A stretch of DNA of 64,000 nt from Prochlorococcus sp. AG-402-P16. Its GTDB lineage: Bacteria > Cyanobacteriota > Cyanobacteriia > PCC-6307 > Cyanobiaceae. Shown here piece after piece: positions 21,933-31,515 of the stretch. A program made the translations under genes and the position numbers. The DNA is taken from positions 1,569-65,568 of the forward strand of contig QCJB01000008.1 in NCBI GenBank assembly GCA_003216295.1, read 5' to 3'. The first letter of the stretch is position 1. Each line of letters opens with the position of its first letter. The notes beneath the pieces were generated by a model. That model was given only the letters and a program-made list of their open reading frames with translations, did no database searches and was not told the DNA's origin.

Positions 21933-21966
21933 AATAAAAAGCCCCGCTTTAGCGGGGTTTTTTATT
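21933..21966 (+). terminator. intrinsic (probably bidirectional) terminator of pcb
   Basis: aataaaaa-gccccgct-tt-agcggggt-tttttatt: GC-rich stem flanked by A and T tracts, 24 bp after the pcb stop. Confidence 0.93.
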
Positions 21967-22353
21967 GAGTGGTTTCATTTTTGGGTATACGCTTTATTAG
22001 GATTCTACAGATTTGATAAATGACTTATTTGAATTCAAAACCTAATGATTTTTATATTAGTAGTGGAGAAATCTTTAAGTAAGAAATGAATCAGAGTTGT
22101 TATTTAAAAAGGGTTTATTGAATTACTCTTGCATATAGCTACCTAACTTTTATTAATTTAGATTTTATAAAAGTAATTTATTATATGAGTTTACTTTTTA
22201 ATTTTTCTTCGCTTGAAAAATGAATAATAATTTTCCATATGAAACTCAATTGGTTTATTTGAGATATAATAAGAAAATAATTTAATGAGGGGATAAAATA
22301 TTAATATTACTGATCTAGATGTTTCTGATTTGCCATCTTAAACAAACGAATAT

Positions 22354-23739
22354 ATGTATGAATTATTTATAGGCTTTGGAGACCTATATAAATTTAATGC
22401 AATACCAACGTTTTCCCTCTCATTAGGTTTGCTAGGTATTGTAGGGATTTTTCTCACTCTTGGAAGAAGATTAGATTCTGCTATGAAGTTGGAGCGATTT
22501 GGTATCCCTATTGCCCTTTTAGTTGGAGCAATAGGATTCTTAATAGGTCCTTATGGACCTTTTTCATTGCTGCCAGAGAGAGTTATGAATATTTGGATGC
22601 AATTGCCAACGCCATTACTTACTTTGGTTTTTGCGAGTTTAATGCTTGGGAGGCCAATACCTAAGGTAAGTGGCTTATGGAAACCAGTAGCCTCTCAGGC
22701 TTTGCTTGGGCTTTTACTTGGTTTTGGTCAATATATTGTTGGAGGAATAATAGTGTTGTCGTTTTTACTTCCTTATCTAGGGGTAGACCCCTTGATGGGA
22801 TGCATTATTGAAGTTGGTTTTGAGGGTGGTCATGGGGCTGCAGCAATAATGGGAGATAGTTTTAGTAAATTAGGCTTCCCTGAAGGATTGGATTTAGGAT
22901 TCGCAATGGCAACTGTTGGCTTACTTGCATCTACTTTAATAGGTAGTTTCTTAGTAGTTATAGGAAGATTTTTTGGATGGATTGTTCCAGCGGATAATGA
23001 AGTCATTATTAACTTAGATGAATCTGAATTAGTATCTAATCCTTTTGAACAACTTAAGTCACTTTTATATAATTTTGCTCTTGTTGGAGTTGCCGTTTTG
23101 ATAGGTATTTTCTTGCTCTATTGTTTAAGAACTTCATCTATATATATGGGTGATATTAGTCAACAGGTATTAAAAGCTTTTCCTGTTTTCCCTTTGGCAT
23201 TACTAGGATCATTTTTTGTAAGATTTGTATTGGAAAAAATTGAAAAAACTAAATTTATATCATCTCTTTTTCAACGCGAGATAGGAATACTTGCAACAGA
23301 TTTACTTATTATAACCGCAATGGCTGGATTGAATCTACCATTACTGACTAATTATTGGCTACCTATAAGTATTTTGGCAATAGCTGGGTTAGTTTGGAAT
23401 CTTGCAGGAATGTTATTTTTTTCTAGATTATTTTTTAAAGATGAATGGTTTGAAAGATCAATTGCAGAGTTCGGGAATTCGACAGGTGTTGCTGCTAGTG
23501 GATTATTACTTTTACGATTAGCTGACCCCCGAAACTCTACAAATACTTTGCCTGTATTTTCTATTAAGCAATTATTTTTACAACCCCTTCTTTCAGGCGG
23601 CTTAATTACTGTAATAGCTCCATTATTTATTAGTAGCTATGGGCTTAAAGAATGGACAGAGTTTTGTAGCTTAATTTCAGTTACTTTATGTGCTTTGGCT
23701 ATATCTTTACAGTCTACATATAAAAAAGCCGCGTCATGA
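22354..23739 (+). CDS. gltS: sodium/glutamate symporter (ESS family)
   Basis: About 11 hydrophobic segments, GFEGGHGAAA motif, FG..TG....G.LLLR..DP. Confidence 0.85.
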   Translation: MYELFIGFGDLYKFNAIPTFSLSLGLLGIVGIFLTLGRRLDSAMKLERFGIPIALLVGAIGFLIGPYGPFSLLPERVMNIWMQLPTPLLTLVFASLMLGRPIPKVSGLWKPVASQALLGLLLGFGQYIVGGIIVLSFLLPYLGVDPLMGCIIEVGFEGGHGAAAIMGDSFSKLGFPEGLDLGFAMATVGLLASTLIGSFLVVIGRFFGWIVPADNEVIINLDESELVSNPFEQLKSLLYNFALVGVAVLIGIFLLYCLRTSSIYMGDISQQVLKAFPVFPLALLGSFFVRFVLEKIEKTKFISSLFQREIGILATDLLIITAMAGLNLPLLTNYWLPISILAIAGLVWNLAGMLFFSRLFFKDEWFERSIAEFGNSTGVAASGLLLLRLADPRNSTNTLPVFSIKQLFLQPLLSGGLITVIAPLFISSYGLKEWTEFCSLISVTLCALAISLQSTYKKAAS

Positions 23740-23810
23740 AACTATATTCCCATCAGCAAGATATGAATGATTTAAAATGTCATTCCTAATTAATTTCCTT
23801 ATTTCTTTAA

Positions 23811-24068
23811 ATGAACAAACAACTATACAAAGATATTCCGCCTCAGGAATTAAAAGAGAAATGGTTTAAAAGTCATCTTCTTGGAAAAGAAGTGGAATTG
23901 AGAGACTTATATGAGTTGCCTCAGGATCAGTTGGATTTAGTCATGGCAGAAACTGCAGAGTTTAGAAGTGATATTGGAAATAGAGATAGAAATCTTGGTA
24001 AATACTGTACAGCCGGATATTTTTTAGAATTATCAAGGATTATTGATAAAAGACGAGCTTCGGAATAA
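23811..24068 (+). CDS. hypothetical protein
   Basis: 85-aa ATG ORF with normal amino-acid composition. Confidence 0.75.
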   Translation: MNKQLYKDIPPQELKEKWFKSHLLGKEVELRDLYELPQDQLDLVMAETAEFRSDIGNRDRNLGKYCTAGYFLELSRIIDKRRASE

Positions 24069-24097
24069 CTTTAAATTTTAGATTTAAAAATTTTATT

Positions 24098-24763
24098 TTA
24101 TAAAAGGTGTGGCTCATTATTTTTCTGCCAAGGTTTATTTTTTTTCATAATAATAGGATAACATTCGTGACTAAGAAAATAGTCTAACCATTTTCTTAAA
24201 TATGAAACCTCATCACATTCATCGAATCTTTTAATATCTGCTATTCTAAATTGTCGGACAAAAGGCCAAATGGCCCAATCAGCTAGACTTTCTTTTGCAT
24301 TCACTAAAAATAGAGATTGGCCTTTATCTGAAAATTCTTTTAATCTATTATTTAATGATATAAGTATTTTCATTCCTGAATCACGATGTAATGTTAAATC
24401 TTGGTACTTAAATCTTGATGCATATTTAAATCGATCTAAATGATATTTGAAAATCTTGTCATTTGTCTCTATTAGTCTAAAAATTTCTTTTGATTTATTT
24501 TCTTCTTTGTTCCCAAGCAATTCATGCATATTTGCTTTCTTAATAGTCCATATCATGATATCTATACTCTCATCGATTAATTCATTTTGATTGGTTTTTA
24601 AAACTGGTACAGTTGCTTTACTTGAAATTTTGATTAATTCAAAGGGCTTATTCTTAAGATCTACCTCTCTTAACTCTACAGTTTGATTAGTATTGAACAA
24701 TGCCCATCTTGCTCTTATTGCATAAGGACATCTTCTGAAGCTATATAAAATATTGTGTTTCAT
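24098..24763 (-). CDS. glutathione S-transferase family protein
   Basis: LYSFRRCPYAIRAR, TVPVL, ES..I, SLAD.AI.PFVRQF. Confidence 0.9.
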   Translation of the reverse strand: MKHNILYSFRRCPYAIRARWALFNTNQTVELREVDLKNKPFELIKISSKATVPVLKTNQNELIDESIDIMIWTIKKANMHELLGNKEENKSKEIFRLIETNDKIFKYHLDRFKYASRFKYQDLTLHRDSGMKILISLNNRLKEFSDKGQSLFLVNAKESLADWAIWPFVRQFRIADIKRFDECDEVSYLRKWLDYFLSHECYPIIMKKNKPWQKNNEPHLL

Positions 24764-24943
24764 AACTTTCCTGTTAAGATCGTATTGTAATCTTTTACTA
24801 GATATGATTATTCAATTACTTAGATTGTGAAAAAGATATACCTTGCTAAGTATATCTTTTATCATGCCTATTTTATGATATTGTTCTTTTAAAAACAATC
24901 TATTGTTTCTATATTTTTAGATTCATTTTTGAGTATTTAAATC

Positions 24944-25492
24944 ATGTCAGAATTTATTTATTTAATGAAAAATGGTGATTTATATAAGCTTGGTATTGCC
25001 AAAAATCTGGAAGCGGAGGCCAGAAAGCTTAGCCCAGGTGAAATAATTGCCTCTTTGAAAATTGGCGATCCGAAATCTTTTAATGCAAGATTATTAAAAC
25101 TTTATAAGAAAAAAAGAATTCCCGATACAAATTATTTCCGTTTGTCAGAGCTTGAAGTTGATAATTGTAAAAAACATTTAGAGGGACAAACTAATTTGCC
25201 GAAAAGTTTAAGTGATGAGTTTCTAATAGGATTAAATGGATCATTGCTATTTGGAATACTAACTATTTTTATATCGTTTCTCATTACTAGGATGTTCATT
25301 TTTAGTTTATTTATATCAATCATTTTTGCTTCGTTACCGATGTGGTCTCTTTCTATTCTTGGTAGCTTTGGAGGATATGATGTTAATGATCTAAAGGCCT
25401 TTTCAACAGTCCCTAATCGATTGAAGGGTTTTTTAATTGCTATTTCGATGGTCTCGTTTTCATATGTTTTATATGCTTTATTTGATTTCTAA
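24944..25492 (+). CDS. GIY-YIG (T5orf172-like) domain protein with C-terminal transmembrane helices
   Basis: FIYLMKNGDLYKLGI...Y.KKRIP.TNYFRL followed by about three hydrophobic segments. Confidence 0.75.
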   Translation: MSEFIYLMKNGDLYKLGIAKNLEAEARKLSPGEIIASLKIGDPKSFNARLLKLYKKKRIPDTNYFRLSELEVDNCKKHLEGQTNLPKSLSDEFLIGLNGSLLFGILTIFISFLITRMFIFSLFISIIFASLPMWSLSILGSFGGYDVNDLKAFSTVPNRLKGFLIAISMVSFSYVLYALFDF

Positions 25493-25606
25493 TTTTAAGT
25501 ATTGAACTAATTATAAGTTTATATTTAATATAAATTACTATAAATCTTATTGCCTATTCTGGGTTTGATAGCTATATATAAATATATTGGTTAATAACTT
25601 TGCCAT

Positions 25607-25861
25607 ATGAACATTTCTGATTATCTTCAATTTCTTGAGCCAATACAAGAACAACTTAATAAAGTTTACTCAATAGCATCCCTTGCTCTTACTGTTTTGA
25701 TAGGATTATGGCTTTTTAATTTTATAGTTGGTCTAATACAACGGACATTTTCAGTGGGAAAAGCTATAGGTGGTTTTTATAGGAATTATTTCCATAGGCA
25801 CCTAAGAAAGGTAATTATTTCAGTTTTAAATACATTTAAGAAGCCAACAAATGCCATTTGA
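25607..25861 (+). CDS. small membrane hypothetical protein
   Basis: 84 aa with one TM helix and a G...G..YR amphipathic tail. Confidence 0.7.
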   Translation: MNISDYLQFLEPIQEQLNKVYSIASLALTVLIGLWLFNFIVGLIQRTFSVGKAIGGFYRNYFHRHLRKVIISVLNTFKKPTNAI

Positions 25862-25877
25862 TTAATATATAACCCTC

Positions 25878-26600
25878 TTATTGACTCAAGTTAGTTGTCT
25901 CTAGTTTACAATTTATAGAGATTTCAAAAGGTACTGAACTATTTGGTAGTTCTAGTATATTTGAACAGATATTCGCAATATCATCAGGTTGAGTCATTTT
26001 ATCTTTAGGAAAGTCTTTTACATTTTTTGCCATATCTGTATTTACCCAGCCTGGACAAATAGCTGTAACTCTAATCCCTTTATCCCATCCTTCGTTTCTC
26101 ATCGTTTGGCATAAGCTCATTAATGCGAACTTACTCATTGAATACCCTGCTAAATTACTTTTTGACCTTTTACCACTCATCGATACTAATACTATAATTC
26201 GACTTGATTTGCTTTTTGATAAATATTTCCAGGCATTTTTTGTTAATATCCATGGTCCTAATACATTTACTTTCCATAGTTCCTCTATGTCTTTTATTTC
26301 ATTATCATTAAATAAAAGATTAGTTTTCTTAAGAATTCCAGCACAATGAATAATAGTATCAATACTTTTAAAAGTCTTAGCTGTTTTTTCTATCCATTCC
26401 TCTGCTGATTTGTTATTAGATGCATCATATTTATGTAGCACTATTTTTTGAGAACTATTAATTTTTGGATCTATGAATGTATTTAATAAGTTTGCCTTAT
26501 TTCTTACCCCAAGACTTACTGAATGTCCTTCTTTATATAATTTTAAGGCAATTGCTTTACCTATACCTCTACTTGCTCCACTTATAAGAATCTTTCTCAT
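25878..26600 (-). CDS. short-chain dehydrogenase/reductase
   Basis: SGASRGIG, HCAG, catalytic YSMSK, CPGWVNT. Confidence 0.92.
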   Translation of the reverse strand: MRKILISGASRGIGKAIALKLYKEGHSVSLGVRNKANLLNTFIDPKINSSQKIVLHKYDASNNKSAEEWIEKTAKTFKSIDTIIHCAGILKKTNLLFNDNEIKDIEELWKVNVLGPWILTKNAWKYLSKSKSSRIIVLVSMSGKRSKSNLAGYSMSKFALMSLCQTMRNEGWDKGIRVTAICPGWVNTDMAKNVKDFPKDKMTQPDDIANICSNILELPNSSVPFEISINCKLETTNLSQ

Positions 26601-26606
26601 TTATTG

Positions 26607-27884
26607 TTAACTAATCAATACTTTTAGCAATAAGTTTAATTCCCTTCCTCGCATTCTCATTAATCCTTGTTTTATAGACCAAGGTGATTTTTTAAACATT
26701 TGCCACATTGCTGATATTAATTCCCTGAAGGTTAGAGTATTTGTAAGGAACCCATACCATTTTTTATTTGGTAAGCTAAAAAATTCAACAAAAAAACCAC
26801 GTAAAAGGTTTTCCTCGAATCTCATTAATTTTTCTAATCCAAATTTATAAATAGCTTGTTTCCTCTTTAGTTCGTCTGGCCATAAGACTTCCCACCCTTT
26901 TTGTGCCAAAGAAGCAGACGATGCTCTTTTGTCTTTTATTGCTAATGAAATAGCTTTAGCGACTTTAGGCGCTCTTCTTAAAAGGCTGCCGACCATATAT
27001 CCCGATGCTGGGTGAACCATCCCGGCTGAACCACCAAAGCCAAGGACTGGTTGTGTCAGGTCTGGAATAGGCATATTCATTGGCAAGTATGACCCGTGCT
27101 CCTCATGTTGAAGACTTTTTATTTCTAATCCTCTGTTTTTTAATCTTTTTTCAAGTCTTCTTTTTAACTCATCAAGCGAAACTGGAGGGAATAGGCCTAA
27201 TGATGTTTCCTCTAAGAAAAACTTTCCATTTCCCATATCCATTGCGTACAAAAATGTTGGTGCTTCCTTTCTTTCTTCCGGTTCCAAATGGTCACATCGA
27301 TAATCCATTAGGACAAATTGTCCTTTTTCTACTGGAGGAGCGTTGAATTCTCCAACTATTCCATAACAAGTTTGAACTGCTACAGGGCCCTGGTAAGGAG
27401 CTTTAACAAAAACCGGCTTGTAACCAGTGGCGTCAATTACTAATCGAGCGTTTAGTTCCTTGCCACTTGAGGTCTTAACGGTACTAATTAAATTCTTGGT
27501 TTCTAATTTTATTGCTGAACCTCTATGCCATGGGATTTCAGCCTTGTTGCATTGCTCTAGCCAGTAAGCCTGCAATTTATTTTTATCAAAAAGTCCATAG
27601 TCTCTATTGTGATTTGTCACTTCATTTTTCTTTGACTTTGGATCCTTGTCTCCCTCGCCAAAATAACTGACAGTATTAATCCATCTATGTTCAAGGAGAT
27701 TGCTTAACCCAAGTTCGTCAACCTCTTCACCCCAAATCCCATATGTAAATGGCCAAGGTTCCTCTGGAGATTGATCAGATAAAATTTCAATATTTAAATT
27801 CTCATTCGCTAAGGCTGCCGCTATCGCTAATGCACCTGGTCCTGAACCTAGTACTAATGCATCTTTTAATGCACTACTGCTCAT
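26607..27884 (-). CDS. crtL: CrtL-type lycopene cyclase (probably the epsilon-cyclase paralog)
   Basis: GSGPGA FAD motif, YGIW, MDYR, PTFLYAM, FLEETSL, VHPASGY; start moved to ATG 27884, which has a GAGGAG Shine-Dalgarno just upstream. Confidence 0.92.
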   Translation of the reverse strand: MSSSALKDALVLGSGPGALAIAAALANENLNIEILSDQSPEEPWPFTYGIWGEEVDELGLSNLLEHRWINTVSYFGEGDKDPKSKKNEVTNHNRDYGLFDKNKLQAYWLEQCNKAEIPWHRGSAIKLETKNLISTVKTSSGKELNARLVIDATGYKPVFVKAPYQGPVAVQTCYGIVGEFNAPPVEKGQFVLMDYRCDHLEPEERKEAPTFLYAMDMGNGKFFLEETSLGLFPPVSLDELKRRLEKRLKNRGLEIKSLQHEEHGSYLPMNMPIPDLTQPVLGFGGSAGMVHPASGYMVGSLLRRAPKVAKAISLAIKDKRASSASLAQKGWEVLWPDELKRKQAIYKFGLEKLMRFEENLLRGFFVEFFSLPNKKWYGFLTNTLTFRELISAMWQMFKKSPWSIKQGLMRMRGRELNLLLKVLIS

Positions 27885-28174
27885 AGCTCCTCTTGGTACA
27901 AATTGTCTAGAGATTGCCTTTGACAATTTGGACTTAAATTTGTGGAATAATATTTAGTTATTTGATTACCTCCCTGAATTACCACTTTAATTACCTCGAC
28001 CTATAGAATCAACAATAGCTCCTGAAGGCATACAGAATGGATTGTATTAATGTTTTTTATCAACCTAATGAATCCTTTGTGAGATTAAGTATAATTGAAG
28101 ACTTTTTTTTTAAATTAAAATAACAAATTATTTTATGTCCTTTTAAATGATTTTATACTATCAAGAATAAGCTT

Positions 28175-29191
28175 ATGATAAAAAAAATAATAAATAATAA
28201 AACTAATTATTTAACTATTTTTCTAACTGGTGGTTCATCAGGTATCGGATATCAAGCAGCACTGAAATTAATTTCTCTTGGACATGATATTATTTTACCA
28301 TGTAGGAATATTCTTAGAGCAAATCAAGTATTGACTAATATTGTTAATGATCTAAAAGGTAACTTGTCAAATATAGGAAATATTTATACTCCTATTATGG
28401 ATCTTTGTGATTTAAATAATATTGATTCACTTTGTTCTGATCTTGAAAAGAGGAAACTTAAGATTGATGTCTTAATTTTAAATGCTGGTCTTCAATATAC
28501 AGGTTCAAAAGAACCTAAATGGTCTTCTCAGGGCGTTGAATTGACATTCGCAGTTAATCATTTATCACATTTTTACTTGACAAAGAATCTTTTACCTTTT
28601 TTAAATAAAAATAATAATTCTAAAATAATTATTACTTCCTCAGAAGTTCATAACCCTACTAGTCCTGGAGGGAAGGTAGGAGCTAAGGCTACCTTAGGAA
28701 CATTAGCAGGATTAGAAAGTAAATCAAAATTTAAAATGATTGATGGAAATCAGTTTAATGCAGATAAAGCATATAAAGATAGCAAATTATGTAATATTTT
28801 ATTTGGAATAGAATTAAGTAATCGACTTAATTTAAATAAAGTATCTATTCCAGTAATAAGCTGGGCACCTGGCTTAGTTATCTCTAAGGATAGTCAAGGA
28901 TTTTTTAGGTATAGTAGGAAATACAATCAATTAGGACAAATATTATTTGCCTTTATAGCTAGAGATCTTTTAAGAATAACTACATCAAATGAAAAAGCTG
29001 GCTTACTCCTGAGTGAATTAGTGTGTTCATCAATGTATAATGAACCTGGTTTTAATTACTATAGTAATAAACTTATATCACCTAGTAAATTTATTTTTGA
29101 AAAAACAAATATTAGTGTTGAGGCTCAAAGAAGAGAATTATCTAATAAATTGTGGGAGCTTTCTGAAGCTCTGATTGAAAAAATTAAATAA
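28175..29191 (+). CDS. SDR oxidoreductase, protochlorophyllide-reductase-like paralog
   Basis: TGGSSGIG, NAG, NHLSHF, KAYKDSKLCN. Confidence 0.85.
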   Translation: MIKKIINNKTNYLTIFLTGGSSGIGYQAALKLISLGHDIILPCRNILRANQVLTNIVNDLKGNLSNIGNIYTPIMDLCDLNNIDSLCSDLEKRKLKIDVLILNAGLQYTGSKEPKWSSQGVELTFAVNHLSHFYLTKNLLPFLNKNNNSKIIITSSEVHNPTSPGGKVGAKATLGTLAGLESKSKFKMIDGNQFNADKAYKDSKLCNILFGIELSNRLNLNKVSIPVISWAPGLVISKDSQGFFRYSRKYNQLGQILFAFIARDLLRITTSNEKAGLLLSELVCSSMYNEPGFNYYSNKLISPSKFIFEKTNISVEAQRRELSNKLWELSEALIEKIK

Positions 29192-29198
29192 TTAATTT

Positions 29199-30215
29199 CT
29201 AATTGTTCAAATAAATTGTTTGTGTTGGATATGCAAAACTAATTTTTTCACTTTTAAACTTTTTCATAATTTCAAGATTTATTTCTTGTTGGGCTGACAT
29301 CGCTAGAACATAATCACTTGTGGGTATGTAATAAACAAGTTCAAAATCAAGACTACTATTTGCGAATTCTATGAAATGACATCTATCAAAGATAGCATTT
29401 TCAGTTTTATCAACAATATTTTTAATTAATTCAGGTATACATTTTGTTTGTTCATAGGTGGTTTCATAAACTACTCCCAATTTGTGAACAAGTCTTCTTT
29501 TCTTCATCTCAGCATAGTTTGAAATTACTCCATTTGTGAGTCTGCTATTACTCATTATTATTGCTTCTCCATTGATACTTCTTAAACGTGTTGATCTAAC
29601 ACCTACTCTCTCAACCTTTGCCCAAATCCCATCAATATGGATGAACTGTCCATTTTGGAATGGTTTATCAAGAAGTATTGTGATGTATTCGAAAAACTCT
29701 TGAACTGGTTCTTTTAAGGCTAAACCTGCTCCAATTCCACCTGCACTTAATAGAGCCCATATCGCTGCCATTTGAACACCCATATTTTGAAGGTAAAAAA
29801 TAATTCCTATGCTCCATACTGAGGCTCTAACCATTGGACTAAGTGAACGAATCATTTCACTAATGGATTGATCATTGATCTTGCTTGCCCATCGTTGTAT
29901 TACTTTCAAAAAGACTCTATTTATAAATCGAACTATATAAATAAGGGATATAAATTTACTTATACCAATTAAGGTCTTGTCTACTATTCCACCAATTAGT
30001 AAGACTTTCCATGCAACTATAAAGCTTAAGATATAGCCTAAAGGCTTAATAGTATCAATTAAAAGAGCAGCGATATAGTCATCGGTTTTACTTTGTGTAG
30101 CTGAAGTTATTTTCCTTAAAACTTTTTTTAAAATTTTTGGACTTACTAAGGAAATTATGCAACCGACACTGAAAGTAAGTAATGAAATTATGAGGTTTTT
30201 ATAAAATTCATCCAT
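29199..30215 (-). CDS. mscS: small-conductance mechanosensitive channel family protein
   Basis: N-terminal TM helices, GIGAGLAL, DKPF..G, VE.VGVRST.LR, FAYPT. Confidence 0.9.
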   Translation of the reverse strand: MDEFYKNLIISLLTFSVGCIISLVSPKILKKVLRKITSATQSKTDDYIAALLIDTIKPLGYILSFIVAWKVLLIGGIVDKTLIGISKFISLIYIVRFINRVFLKVIQRWASKINDQSISEMIRSLSPMVRASVWSIGIIFYLQNMGVQMAAIWALLSAGGIGAGLALKEPVQEFFEYITILLDKPFQNGQFIHIDGIWAKVERVGVRSTRLRSINGEAIIMSNSRLTNGVISNYAEMKKRRLVHKLGVVYETTYEQTKCIPELIKNIVDKTENAIFDRCHFIEFANSSLDFELVYYIPTSDYVLAMSAQQEINLEIMKKFKSEKISFAYPTQTIYLNN

Positions 30216-30301
30216 GGTACTATATGACTTTTCTATACATTGCCTGAAAAAAAAGATTTGTCTAGATATTATCTTTAATTTTTAAATAAATATTTTATTA
30301 A

Positions 30302-30904
30302 TTAATTAGAAAATGATTTTTTTAATATTTTACTAATTTCCTTAAACTCTTTTCTATTGGATGTTTTACATAATTCACATATTAAACTTTCTGTGGTTGA
30401 TGCAACTGCCCCTTCTAAAACTAGTCTTAAAAATGCAGTATCATTATCAAATTTACTTCTACTCCCTATAGCATCCCTAGGGATTAGAATATTAAAACCT
30501 TTTTGTAAAAGTTCTATAGATGTCTGAAGAACGCAAATATGACTTTCAATTCCACAAATTATTATATTTTTAAAATTATACTTATTTATATAATCTATAA
30601 AATTTTTATTTTTACTACAACTAAATTCTAATTTTTCAAATTTCGGATATTCTTTGCCTTCTGAAATTGATTCAATAGTTTGACCAAGCTTCAAGGGGTT
30701 TTGCTCAGTGATTGCAATATGAACATTTAACAAATTACATGTATCTATAAGTTTTTTTATATTAAAGAGAATTAGTTTATTATTATCAATATGAGTTATG
30801 AGTTTTTTTTGCATATCCAATATAAGTAGTAATGTTTGATCTTCAATTATTGTTGACTTTTTAGTAGTGTCTCTCTGAGCTTGTTTGCCTAAAAATTCAT
30901 CCAT
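30302..30904 (-). CDS. isochorismatase-family hydrolase
   Basis: LLILDMQ, TEQNP..LG, K.EFS, GIESHICVLQT. Confidence 0.9.
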   Translation of the reverse strand: MDEFLGKQAQRDTTKKSTIIEDQTLLLILDMQKKLITHIDNNKLILFNIKKLIDTCNLLNVHIAITEQNPLKLGQTIESISEGKEYPKFEKLEFSCSKNKNFIDYINKYNFKNIIICGIESHICVLQTSIELLQKGFNILIPRDAIGSRSKFDNDTAFLRLVLEGAVASTTESLICELCKTSNRKEFKEISKILKKSFSN

Positions 30905-30997
30905 TTGAAGATGTATACTTTTCTACTATAAATATAAATCATTCGAGAAATCAGGCATCATTTCTGAATAATCACTTTATGCAAAATCTTCAAAAAG

Positions 30998-31033
30998 TTG
31001 CAAGCTGTTCTCAATACGCTATGCTATTGAGAA
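30998..31033. promoter_or_regulatory. Fur-like box and inverted repeat upstream of fur
   Basis: TTGCAAG-CTG-TTCTCAA (30998-31014) overlapping the inverted repeat TTCTCAATA-N8-TATTGAGAA (31008-31033). Confidence 0.55.
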
Positions 31034-31046
31034 AATAAGTTTTATA

Positions 31047-31505
31047 TTGCCTAGCCCAAATTCTTACCGTACTCATCCTTCGCCTTTGGAGTCAGGGCTT
31101 AGGCAAGATGGTAAACGTATGACTCCTCAAAGGAAGAAGGTGCTTTCCTTATTTGAAGGGATTGGATCTGGAATCCATTTAAGTGCAGAAGAAGTACATT
31201 CCAAATTGACAAACTCTGGAGATAAGGTTTCACTTGCGACTATTTATAGAACTTTAAGACTTTTAGTGAAAATGACTTTTTTAAATGAACTTGATTTGAG
31301 TGAAGGTGGAAATAGATTTGAGTTGCTTAGCCATGATCATCCTGATCATCATCATTTGATTTGCATTCGATGCGGAAGAACCGAGGAATTTGAAAATAAG
31401 GATGTTATTAAAGCTGGAGAGGTTGCTGCTAAAAATCTAGGCTTTAAATTATTAGAATCATCATTAAATGTAAGAGCAATATGCCCATTGTGTATAAATA
31501 AATAA
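31047..31505 (+). CDS. fur: ferric uptake regulator family transcription factor
   Basis: RMTPQR, HLSAEEV, SLATIYRTL, HHHLICIRCG, C..C. Confidence 0.95.
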   Translation: MPSPNSYRTHPSPLESGLRQDGKRMTPQRKKVLSLFEGIGSGIHLSAEEVHSKLTNSGDKVSLATIYRTLRLLVKMTFLNELDLSEGGNRFELLSHDHPDHHHLICIRCGRTEEFENKDVIKAGEVAAKNLGFKLLESSLNVRAICPLCINK

Positions 31506-31515
31506 TATTACATTG

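Noticed and set aside
21967-22353. Long AT-rich intergenic gap after the pcb terminator (similar gap at 44445-44946)
   Set aside because: No credible ORF, repeat or stable structure seen by eye
27941-27949. Isolated DnaA-box-like 9-mer (another at 44462)
   Set aside because: Single mismatched copies are expected by chance; only the cluster near 42.3 kb is dense enough to report
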